From: Ramazzottius varieornatus
Taxonomy: Eukaryota > Animalia > Tardigrada
Assembly: GCA_001949185.1 (NCBI GenBank)
Contig: BDGG01000001.1
Span: 4,081,624 to 4,145,623, forward strand
DNA length: 64,000 nucleotides
Reading direction: 5' to 3'
Positions within the stretch are counted from its first letter, which is position 1. The number at the start of each line of letters is the position of its first letter. Below the pieces are notes generated by a model. It made no database searches and was not told the DNA's origin. It saw only the letters and a program-made list of their open reading frames with translations. A program made the translations under genes and the position numbers. This document shows positions 16,409-27,642 of the stretch, piece after piece.

Positions 16409-19400
16409 ATGGCTCTGGGTGTGGCAGTGGTGTGCACCCTGGTTTTGCTGACCGCATCACACTGCAGCTTAGCCTGGATGGGATCCATGTACCGGAATCG
16501 GGAGTCTGGACTGCGTCCATCGGACTTCGAGGAAGAGCCTGCAACCAACCTTCGCTTCAAAGCAGGAATGCCAGTCCCGCGGACAGGCATGTGGTACCAA
16601 CAGCGACGGAGCGCCATTGACCTTCTAGAGGTAAGTTTGCCTGTCTTTCGGTGCTTGCCGCTTATCGTCCAGTACTTGTGGGTTGTCCGTCAGCATGTTT
16701 GCTCTCCGTTTTAATTTTTACGAATATCTTATCAAATACCATCAATACTGACTAGATGCACCTACAATACCTGAAGGAAAATTAATATTTTGAGGTAGTA
16801 TATCTTGTTTACTGCGAAAGGGTCGTAAGCCTAGCAGTGCAAAGGTCGCTTCAGATTCGAAACTGTTACGCGCTACGGTCACGCGAGATCACCCCAGTCC
16901 AGGGCTTTTAGGTGCCGGTTAGAAGCACCTGAGACTTCCTTCCGGTGTCGTGAGCCTTCTGGACAGTATACGTCAGTCAAGTTTACCGCCCAAGGAACGA
17001 AAGCCAAGGTACGAGCATGCGGAACTTGCTTTCACAAAGAGCAACCGGGCCTATAGGCTACAGTTAAAGTCACAATCGTTCGAAGAAGAAACGTTCCTCT
17101 TGTGCGCAAAGATGAACTCATAACTACAAATTAATACAGAAAGCCTTTGGGCCGGGTCTTGACACAAATCCACAAATCCATAAGCTCATCAGTTTATAGA
17201 TTGCAAAGGTGTGGAACCACCACAAAGCGATGACGTCGGAGTATCAATTATTGAATCCACTGTATTTGCCAACTAAACCACCCAGGTTAAGTCTACGCAA
17301 AGAAAGCTCCCCACTGCTGGGATCCATAACAATCGAACAGGCCTAACTTCAATCAAGAAGGTGAACAAAACGTATGCATATTGAACAGTAATTCTTTCCC
17401 CTACGAGGTACTTTCTTTGGAAACTCTAAAAATCGATATTCTGGGAGCTCTGTAGAAGCACAATAAGAACTTCCTGTTGTTTCACCCACGAGTAGTTCAG
17501 TTCGCGCCTCACAAAGAAGCAGCAGCTGGCAATATCTAGAGCTCGAGTGGAGTGATCAAAGTAGCTTTGCAGATCACTTCCGCTCACGAGACCGAGATTT
17601 ACCTTTTCCAATCAATGCAATAGGCGATTATCCGACATCACTGCCTTACTTAACATGTCAAACTGCTCACTTTCAAGGAGGCAAGATCACTTCTTGAAAT
17701 TTCTTCTCAAAGGTCATCGCTCACTTTCAAGGCGTGGATTTGATTTAACATAACTCTCCAAAGACTCGTAAAGTCGTGTAACCAACGAGAAAGCGCAAGA
17801 CGCAGGCCCGATTTTTTGGTTGGGATGAGAAGCAGTGAGCGGCAAAATCTATGGTAATTGAGCGGCTGATTGCGAACTAGGCTCCATGATTCATTACCCA
17901 GGAGAGCCAAGGCGCTGACGTCAAGCCAAAGAGCGAATTACTTGTCCAATACCACTACAACGGAAACGAGCTTCCCGGATATCTTCAAGAGCCCTCGGCC
18001 CCCAACAATATGCGCCACCGAGCGCGAGGTTCGATGAGAATAAAGCTTCCAGCGAGCTCATCAGAAAGGCTCAGGGTAGTACAGTGCCATATTTCCTGGA
18101 CAGCTTGTCCTACTCCTTACAGTAATCAAATTATATTCACACAACAATATCAGTGATTTGCCAAGAAACGACTAAACGACCATCAAAATTACACAAACGA
18201 AAATCTCATAAAAAACTAGAATTCTCAAATTGATCTGAATAAGTACACTCTTGCTTGGTTGCTGGTATTTAATTTCATCATAAGCCAGTTCGAACTTGTA
18301 CAAATGGGCGCCAGAACATACTGTACAAGATGATAATCTTACGTGGCGCAAGTTTACATTGTTATTGGCTCGAAGGATGCGCCTCTTAAGGGAATGATCC
18401 TGCACGTTTCCGTTTGCTCAGATCTCATCAGATGAACTTCATTCTGTTTGATCTCACTTTCCGAATTTTTGGGACCAGATGATTTTCTGGGATGGGCTGG
18501 AAATGACAGGCAGGATGAGAGTACGGTTGACGAGATTCTCAACAGGGAAAGCGTCTTGTCTCTAAGCGCTCGTTTGGGGAAAATATCGGCACATTCTTGT
18601 AAACAAGATAACAGTTTACCGCTTGGGTACCCTTGTCGTTCATCATTTCCTATTTGTTTTGCCTCACTGATCCTCCTTCCGACCGTTTTTGGGCTTTTCG
18701 CTGCGGGTCAAGAACAGGCAAATTGTGTTAGCCCACTACAAATTTGTTGCCAACATGGCCGAGTTTGCTCTTCAATTTGTCAATGACGATGACGCACGTT
18801 CCTCATCTCCCTCTTTTTCCATTCCTTGAAAACCAATCACCCAGCAGAGAACAGAAAATGACATATCAATTACGCCATAATCATGATACTTCTGGTACCT
18901 CGTCCTTTTTTTGGCTTCATTAGAGGTCGTTGGCGGCAGAAAAAAATCGGAGACTCTAATTTAATCTCGCAAACAAATTAAAATAGATTTCCTTCCGGAA
19001 TTCCAAATTCGAGCGTGACGTGGGAATGTCCTTATTGTCGCTGTCTTCCTTAGCATTCTGTTGGACGGGATCAGTAGCGCTGACAGCAATCGATGTCGAC
19101 AGACGAGCTAATTTCATAAAAGTTAGAAATTGATCGATAACTTTTTGCGTTTCAAGATCAATGTCGAAAACATGAGATTGATTGCCTCGTTTGCATGATA
19201 ATATGATACCATCTCCACTTGAAGATCAACGTCAAACCACAGTTCATTCTTTGGACAAACTGTGTGGTAATAACTCGTGGCCAGTTCCAGCAATTACGGA
19301 CGACGATACTCGTTTGAAAGTTTCGAGGTCGTTGCGTGAAGACCCATTTTCAAGACAGAAGCCACTCAAGCCAGACATCTTTTGCTGTATGTCAGCGGGC

Positions 19401-20767
19401 GCTTGTTTTCAAGTGTTTCGTCTCAACGACTGATCATTAAGCAAAACTTTTGAGGAATTGCATGGTGGGGAAATTGAAGTACCGAGATCAACCCCCTAAG
19501 ATCGTGCAGCGTCTTCCGCTTCCGTCTTCCGCTTCCGTCTTCCTGCTAATCATAAAACTCGTCATCGCTTGTGATCGAACTCTACACCAGACCGTGCACT
19601 GAACTACTGTATGTAAACAGTCCGTGGACCGAACTCAAACCGCTTCGCACGTTGTCCCGTAGGCATCGATGATGAGGAAACACCGTACACGCACCTGACC
19701 TAAATGNNNNNNNNNNNNNNNNNNNNNNNNNNNNNNNNNNNNNNNNNNNNNNNNNNTGCCCACATTTAGGTCAGGTGCGTGTACCTTACATTCCTTTCCC
19801 TCAAGAACACAAAAACCACTCAGACAGATTGCCGTCAGAATGTAGATCACACAATATTCTAGCCTTTCAGTTTCTGAAGGTGTAAGAAGAGGGGTATCTT
19901 CTTTCGTTGGTTCTTCTCGTTGGCCCTGCATGACTTTGAATGTTGGTCGTCGCCTTCCTGGAGTCCTCAGTCCTTCGGTCCTCACACTCACTTGAAGAAT
20001 AACTAGACTTAAGCTTGACTTTCGTAGAAAATCCTTAAACATGAGAAATCGACACGATCCGTTCCGACATTTCAGGATGAACCAACGGAGCCCGTAACGG
20101 ACTGCCGAGGAGCTGCCTGCCGGGATGACGGTGGATGCTGCGAAGGAATGGTCTGCAAGCTGCCTCAACCGGACAACAAGAAAAGTAAACCCCGCTTCAA
20201 AACCCTTTTCTCCGGCCTTCGAAGTACTACTGTGCTTGTCTGTCCAAGTCCTGTACCGTTCTTTCCCTTCGAAGCCTTGAAAAATCTGTTTTCGATAAAG
20301 ATATTTCGCTTGGAATTTTTTCAGTCAGCGCGCCTCTCGGAACCTGCGTACCGAACCCCAACGAAGGAACGAACTGCAAGGATGACGCCAGCTGCGGACA
20401 AGGACTAGAGTGCGGCCAGACGATGGGCTCCCGAGGATTCAAGACCTGCCAGCCAAGGAACCGCGATGTGAACAAGAAGCAATACGGTATGTTTCGCCCT
20501 TCCCTATAATCTCAAATCTTTGGACCATCTAGTGCGAACGGAAATGCTAAACCTAGCTGGTTTGTGGCTGCAGGGGATGAGTGTCGTTTCAGCATGGAAT
20601 GCGACCAGGTTCGTGGATTGTGCTGCCAAGTGTACCGACGACATCGCCAGTCCCCCCGTCAAGTCTGCATGTATTACGAGAGCTCGCACCAGTGCCTGGG
20701 TTTCCGTAAAGATTATCTTCCGGAAGTCGGAGGTCTTCCGAACAAGAACAGATGGTGGCAATACTGA
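16409..20767 (+). CDS. ITG-like / prohormone-3 cysteine-rich secreted neuropeptide precursor; exons 16409-16630, 20076-20184, 20325-20486, 20574-20767
   Basis: Signal peptide followed by W. Spliced Cys-rich core DCRGAACRDDGGCCEGMVC...CKDDASCGQGLEC...DECRFSMECDQVRGLCCQVYRRHRQSPRQVCMYY matches the GLCCQxxRRHRQxPRxVC signature. Intron phases are consistent. Confidence 0.85.
16810..18060 (-). pseudogene. Highly decayed PIF1-family (Helitron-type) helicase remnant in intron 1 of the ITG-like gene
   Basis: Ordered degenerate motifs with stops and frameshifts: RTSRSVAHIVGG (~PTGxAAxxIGG), LALLGNESWSLV (~LIIDExSMV), FQEVIL..VRQ..DNRLLH*LEKVNLGLVSGSDL, FVPWAVNLTDVY..EG (~LxPAYAxTxxKSQG) and GLRPF. 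Confidence 0.45.
19686..19783. mobile_element. TA-flanked Tc1/mariner-type terminal inverted repeats around the 50-N assembly gap
   Basis: ta-CACGCACCTGACCTAAATG [N50] TGCCCA-CATTTAGGTCAGGTGCGTG-ta: a perfect inverted repeat with TA on both sides. Confidence 0.75.
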
Positions 20768-21500
20768 TCGTATCGAACAGTATGAGCTTTTAGCATCTTC
20801 ATAAGTTTCGCTTAGACCGACGCATAAACTTGCCACACCATATCAACAGCTAAACTCTCTGGCAGCCTTCTTCCCTTTCTTATCGCGGCGTATGATAACT
20901 CACCTAACATGGGTGATTTTGTTTCGATGCTTGTCCTCCATTGTAAAAACGAACGCTGGTTTTCCTAATGAGCGATCGGCTCAGTTCAGTCATATCAAGG
21001 AATTTGTGTAGCTCATCGCATTGTTCGTTGCTTCAAATGTTGTTTGGCGCAGGCTTTCTTCGAAGCCAAATGTCTGGGAGATCCGCACTGCCAGAGTATA
21101 GCCTTTGAGATCCCAGAAGGTCAGAAACCTCTGTAAAAGAACTTAGGTAAAGCGTTAGTTATCGCTCTATGCAGTATCGCCAGCTTCCGGTGATATAATT
21201 AGCTTACCACCTGCGCATGGGGATCAAGGCGGAGGCTTGAATACCGAGTGTCGTAAGATAGGCTTACCGAAAGCCTTGGTTTTCCAGAGCTTGGATGTGC
21301 ATCAGCTGACACCGAACCGGAAGTCACTACTTTGTCCTTCGCGACCTTCAAGCCAACGGTACTTTATCCTCACGCCAATCTTCACTAATCCACGAAGCAA
21401 ACTCTACGAACATATCTGGGAAAAACCGTGCAGTAAACTCCGTTACATCGAAATCTATTAGGGCACCGTCCTTGATCAGCATTGAACAGCCAAGTCGCAA

Positions 21501-22223
21501 CTAGTTTCTGCGATTCTGTAAGAAAGCCATAAAGACATGTTTCAAAATGCTATTCTGTCGGATATAAAAACAGCTGTAATAATGACCTGAAGCTTTAGTA
21601 GTATGGCTTTGGCTTCTGGAATACTGGGAGGAAGATCGTGGAAGAGAGCAATCTCGCTACGCAGCTGAGTGCATCGTTGGTTCAGCGAGTCAATTTCCTA
21701 AGAGAAGGCTCCTCAACAGAAGAAACCAAAGATCTCGATGGGCAGGTTTACCTTCTGAAGAGCCTCTCTTTCTGCTTCATTGTCCATATCTTCCGCATAC
21801 CCACGTGATATCAGTTCAAACTGTATGGCTTTCATCTTGCTTTCATCCTGATAATGGCTTTCCTCACCAGCAACGACATGCTCATCGGATTTCCCTGTAG
21901 CGTCTTGTTTCGCTTTCTGTGCCAGTTTCGCATCGACAGATCTGTGAACGGGAAACAGATTACAGGTGTTCCACTATACGGTTCGGTCTGAATTCCGGAA
22001 CAACGTACCTGAGCTTTTGTTCACAGTGGAGCTTTGTCCGTTCCAGAGTTTTACGCTGGAGATCGTTACGGATATTCAGCACACCGATGGTCGCATCCAG
22101 TTCAGCTTCCAGAGTATCCATGTACTGCAAGCAACCCACGACATTTTCTTCTGAAGCACTCGATGCTCCCACTGCACGGCAGTATCCATCCAGAAGCTCT
22201 AGCGACCTCTCCAACGAGCTCAT
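21501..22223 (-). CDS. HAUS1 (augmin subunit 1)-like coiled-coil protein, multi-exon; 3' end approximate
   Basis: Coiled-coil exons ending EIDSLNQRCTQLRSEIALFHDLPPSIPEAKAILLKLQ, which resembles the HAUS1 C-terminal Y/FxDLPPxxxxAK motif. Confidence 0.55.
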
Positions 22224-22421
22224 CCTGAATCTGAGCTAGACCGTAACTGGAAAGAAACGGACTATCAAAAGAAACAACAACGATTCCGTAATCTGTGATC
22301 TTGCTGTTTTTCCGCGCCAGAAAATTATACCGCCCAAAGGGCGTCTCGCCGCGCCCTAGTCTCGGGCCCCGGGGCTAAGCTAAAAAAATCTGGTCAGCAT
22401 CATTCAAAACACAGTTACCGT

Positions 22422-23042
22422 TAGTGCTGGCAATGATACGATATATCGATATCGTATCGAAATATATCGAATCTTTGCGATAAAATATGCGGCAGATATC
22501 GTATCGAAAATATCGATATGAAGCTCATATCGAATAACGCAATAAAATATTCGGCTATATCATATCGCGCCATATCGATATATTATCGATGTATCGGTAT
22601 TTTGCTGAATGGCAAACTCGCCAGTGATATCTCGTTTACGGAAGACCATGGTTGATTTCAAAGACTTGATTTTGGCCATGGTGTACCGAGAACACTCCGC
22701 CCATTCGGTTTTGGTACTGATTCTGTCCAGGTTTCCATGTGTTTAGAGTCTTGGTATAGTCATGTCTTTACTGTATCCGACGCTTTCGATCTTACTAATA
22801 CTTTATGTGGAAATCGGCTTCTTGAGTTTTTGGGCTTGAACCAGTGGAATTGCGAAAAACTAAAATTCCCGAAATATCGATATATCGCTGCGATATGATA
22901 CGATATAGCGAAGATACGGTATCGGAAAAATATCGTATCCAAATATCGATATCGAATGAATATCGAAGACCGCAATAAAATATCCGCCGATATTGTATCG
23001 AAAAATATCGTATCGAACTTTATCGTACTTTTGCCAGCGCTA
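22422..23042. mobile_element. Non-autonomous hAT-like MITE (~620 bp) with ATCGAT/GATATC-rich subterminal arrays
   Basis: Left end TAGTGCTGGCAATGATACGATA; right end reverse complement TAGCGCTGGCAAAAGTACGATA. About 180 bp of tatcga/atatcg repeats at each end. The 8-bp flanks match only partly. Confidence 0.75.
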
Positions 23043-23439
23043 GTAACTTACAGTATTACAGAGTGCACTGCTCACCGACCGTGGCACCGGGGGTAGTGAA
23101 CGATACCATGGCCAACCCAGTGACCCCTCCAAAACGTTTTGTCAACTCAAGTGAAGACTTTTTTGGGCTTCTGTTGTCCTTCCCAGGTACGTTTGTCAGT
23201 TCTCTGATCTTCCAGCGTTCCTCCAGAACTCGTAGTGAATGGATCGCTGTGCTGGTACAGGGTATACATCTTCGCAGGTACCAGCGTTTCGCGGATGACC
23301 GCGCGTGGAAAGTGACTGCTCGAGACGGCCATCGCTGGACTAACTCCTGACATCTGGCCAAGCTGGATGAACGGATATCCAGCAAACTGCAGAGTGCAGA
23401 CTCGTTTTCGTGTCCTTACCTCCGTTGTCGTATTCAGCC

Positions 23440-24619
23440 ATGAACGTCCCAAACTGCCGGTACCTGGAAGTGCCAGTCAACAACGATTTCACAGCCCAAG
23501 AGTTGGGATACATCGTAACAGGCATCTTGAAGCAAGTTCTGTTCCAGCGAGATCAAATGCCCATGCCATATGACATTCTCGACTGTCACCTACGATCTGT
23601 AACAACCCTCTATTTTTCGCTTATCAAACTGAAAATTTACGTATTTTTCATCTTTAGGGGCGTCGGTTGCCAAACGTGGAGCGTCTCACCCTTCTGCGCA
23701 ACCAACTTTCCTCCGTCTTCGACTCCTTGGACCAAGCCTTCACGGTCAGTAGTTTTCTCCTGGACCAAGTAGTTCTCCTCCTTGGATCTACTCGTTTCAA
23801 CGCCAGAGAAATGCACACGATTACAGTTCCTGGTCACTCATCAAAGTTCCGAAGAGTGCTGAGGACTTTTCGAACGGAAGAATTGAACGCCACGTTAAGA
23901 AAGATTCTTGAAGCTGATGTATGCTGTAACTTCCCCCCTTCGGACATCACTTCCGTCCATTTATTTCTCCGTGGCTGTCCTCTGGATATGGATAATAGTC
24001 TACTTGACCATTTTGAGCCACTTATGCGCTTCGTTCCCCAGGTATAGAAAGCTCGGTGAACAAACTCGACAACATAGGTTCTCATAAATGGCGCGCGGAT
24101 GCAGTGTTAACGGCTGAATGGGTGCGCCAGGCAAACAATCTTGTCGAGTTTGCTTGCCGAGCGACCGTGTATCTGGACTCACGAATTCTTTTCAATGATT
24201 CTCATTTTTTGTTGCAGGTGTCGCCCAGATTTTACAAGAGTATCTTCGATCTGAAGTTTGCTGGCCAGGGGCGTCTTACTAAAAGATCGACGTTCCAGCG
24301 TTCCGGGAGCCATCTGAACGTTCGCAGAAAGTCGGATATCGAGCGAGCAGAACGCGAAGAAATCCGAAAGAATTTGTTTGTGGAATCGGATACCTGCAGA
24401 GTGGTGGAACAAGATTTACAAGAAGAGGATGACGGGGGAATCGACGACGACGGAACCTCAGATAGCTCGAATGGAGAGGAGTCTTCCGATGATCCTGATA
24501 CCTCAAGCGAACTGGAGAATTCCTCCGAAGACAGCATCGTTGAAAACAGCATCGACGGTCCACAACCTCTTGTCTGGTATCGAAGTAAGATCCCGATATC
24601 TGGTTGGGTTCCCCACTGA
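23440..24619 (+). CDS. MAD2L1BP: p31comet / MAD2L1-binding protein (HORMA fold), 3 exons
   Basis: ILKQVLFQRDQMPMPYD (~LLKHIMYQRQQLPLPYE), VVLLLGSTRFNARE, FEPLMRFVP and C-terminal WYRSKIPISGW. Confidence 0.8.
24051..24162. repeat. Palindromic element family A, p31comet intron
   Basis: gctcggtgaacaaactcgacaa...tggcgc...gcgcca...ttgtcgagtttgcttgccgagc. Confidence 0.8.
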
Positions 24620-25015
24620 CGTAGTGCGAGGTGGTTTGAATCTTTGTCGTTTTTTTATCTGGAATTTGTGTAGTAAATTATGCTTAAGTACTTGAAAATT
24701 TTTTTCTTGTGAACTTTTCGAAACAATGAATTTACATGACGTAGATTCTTTTACGGTATTTGGAGACGATGCAGTAGCACCTTGAGATTAGCGTGAAAAT
24801 CGAATAATTTTGTGATAGTCCAAGAATAATGTTCTCAGAAAAGCAGAAAAATAACGAGACTTAGTTTGAGCGGACACAGAAAAAGGGGCGAAAGGTGAGT
24901 GCGTGAGCTGAAGAGCTGCATTCGTGAGCACCACCTACTGTATACTTTTTCGTGTAGGATATTGGGAATTTTCCAGAGATTAATCAAGAGTATTTTGGGA
25001 CAGTAGAGGATTAAT

Positions 25016-26351
25016 CTACATGGCGGTTTCAATGTGTTTCCTTCCAGCGTCGTGGTCGGTGCAAAAGGTATCCAGCTGCATAGAAATAGCGGTGCCTCTT
25101 CTTTTCCGGTTCATCGCCGGGACGCAGACATGTTGAATACACCACCCTTTACCGGTCGTTCTTTTGATTTTGTAGGTGTTCAGGAATGCGTAGAGAATGG
25201 GGTTGATAGCGCAACCTATGGCCAGCGCAGAAAACAATGCATATTTTACAAAGTATTCTATCCCCTTGACATTGCGGGCAAAATGGTTTCTCGTAATAGA
25301 AGAGACGAGGACTGAAAAGAGCGTGGCTTACCGAACCACAGCAGAATAGTCAAGGACTGGCCCAGTTTAGTCTGAAGTCCTGTCATGGACTGGAAAAACA
25401 GACCATGAACTCCCGAAGGTACGAAGCAAAGCATGAGGACGAGCCAGGAAACGAACGCCACCGTTGTCTGTCAATATAAAAAGGTATGTTTAATACTCAA
25501 GGTACGTGGAAAGCAGGTCCCGCCGTATGAATGAAATAACTCACCACTCTAATCTCCGCTTTCTTCTTCCGGGTCTGTCGTACTAGTTCGACGGGCTGGA
25601 TTGACCTTTCCGGTATGATCACGTTGACTCTCATGCTGTAAAACATCCTCCGTTTGGACTTGAGGATCAAGCTGAGGATGATTAGGTAGCAAAGTAACAC
25701 AGTCACGAACGGTAGGACCGCGTAGATGATTTTGAAGGCGATAACGTAGACCGCTGAACCATGGCTTGAGAACGAGCATTTGAGGGTCCTCTTGGAGTAC
25801 CCAAAGTCTTCACCGTACAGAGACAACAACGGTACAATGTATGTGACACCCGAGATGACCCACGAGAGTAGAATTAAGCAGGCTGTTGTTGGTCGGGATG
25901 TCAGGAATCGCATGTGACGGTGTTCTGCGGTGATAATGGCAAACATCCGGTTTATTCCAATGGAGGTGTGGGCGTACGCACAGAAGGTCATTCCGAAGAA
26001 GTAGAGGAAAGCAATGAGTCGACATGCTCCGGAATGCTCTTCCTGTGCGAAGAAGTTGTCACGTGGTTGAAGAAGAGTGTAGGCGTGGATGGGGCAGACG
26101 ATGCCGCAGAGCAATATGGTGGAGCTGGATAGGTTGACCGTAAGAGCTGTGGAGCGCACTCGAAAATCCTTGTTTTTACAAGCGTTCGTTAGACAATAGA
26201 TTCCACCGAAAATACCAATAACGCTCACTAACAAGGTCAGAGCGGCGAAAACATATCGATCGTCCGACAGGTAAACAACTTGGCCCCAGTCGTTGTCGAT
26301 GGTGTAGTTTACGAAGAACCGGGCACTAAGTGCGACTGCTGAGTCATTCAT
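25016..26351 (-). CDS. Class A (rhodopsin-like) orphan GPCR, moody/Tre1/melatonin-receptor-like, 3 exons
   Basis: Seven hydrophobic segments, TM3 ACRLIAF...IGINRMFAI, ECL2 Cys, TM6 CFVP, TM7 INPILY and N-terminal glycosylation sequons. Confidence 0.85.
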
Positions 26352-27642
26352 TTTACAGCTTTGACAAGATGGATGAAACCCAATCCTCTCAAGAGACGTT
26401 TGTTAAAGACAGAGTAACAAGCGTAAGAAGAATAAAATCGACGATCGCACACCGAGTCGCGCTTTTCTCGACGCAACCAGGATACTGATTTCTTCGCCGG
26501 CTCTGAATTAGAGAGATGATTTCGTGGGGAAGACGCAGAAAGACTTTTGAAGGTCTTCGGGAGGGTAAGACAAAGCTGGTAAATAAGTAAACAAACCGGA
26601 AACGCAACGCTTCGCCTGAGGCACATCTAAGTGCTCAACAGATTCCAGGAGGATGATCGATGGAGAATCCGGTTGCCTGCTCTATCATATGCTCGAGTGT
26701 TCGTTAATTAACAAAAAGCTCCACAGACACCCCGGTATGAAGAGGCATAGCGTCTCTCTATGTCTTTGCAGCCGTCAATGTAATCCCGGCATGACAGCGC
26801 GCCCATAACAGAGGGGACTCCAAGAAGGAAGGACTTACCCACACCCTGTACCTTCAGGTTGATCATTCTATAATTATTCGCTGCATCCGCGTTACGTCAT
26901 CGGACACGTGAAGTACAACCCGGGTCCGACACCAGTACCTACGACCCACTACGGGGTGCATCGTCACGTACGAGTACGAACTGCGCGGATGAAGCGATTA
27001 TTCACAGTACACGTGTACACTGACGCGCGATAGATTACAGCGCAACCTCATTTTTCGTAACCCCACGTCATGAGCATCGGAGAACCCACAGTGCTTTCGG
27101 TGCGGGCCATGCACAGCATCACTTTCTGCAGCACCACTTTCTGCTTTACGGGATGAATTGATGCACTCCCGGGAAATATTACGGCTATGATTACCGACAC
27201 GCATACTGTCGTTTCTGATCAACTAAATATCCTTCAGAGTATTAGAGCGTGCGAACTTCCGCATTGTAGGACAGTGTATTGTACCTAATGGCCGATGGGA
27301 TGTTGCTGGAAAAACGATTGCCAGTACCTTTCTGGTTCGGATTTCCAGTCATAAGAAATATCCAGAGCAAAACGCATCGATTTTAAGTTTAAAACATTCA
27401 TTTCCTTCGGAAAGACATGATCGACATTCACGACCGTGAACCTTTGTCGTTATGTACCAGCCAAAGCAAGAAAGCGCTTTATGATCATCAGGAACATTTA
27501 GAAGCCGAGGAAGCCCACACGCTATGGAACAATGAATGGCGGAACTTTTTTCAGCGTGCAGTTAGAAAACACATAAATTAATTTTACAAAGTAGAAAAGC
27601 TGGATGTACAAAAGACTTTAAGCGGCCAAGCGCTGTTCTTCC

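Noticed and set aside
17902-18156. Plus-strand frame with QCHISWTAC resembling an allatostatin-C ring, a possible extra ITG exon
   Set aside because: It has no dibasic flanks, would truncate the conserved precursor, and lies antisense to the helicase fossil.
22430-23030. ATCGAT arrays and family A/B repeats as a CRISPR-like array
   Set aside because: The context is eukaryotic and there is no regular repeat-spacer periodicity. The structure is inverted and MITE-like.
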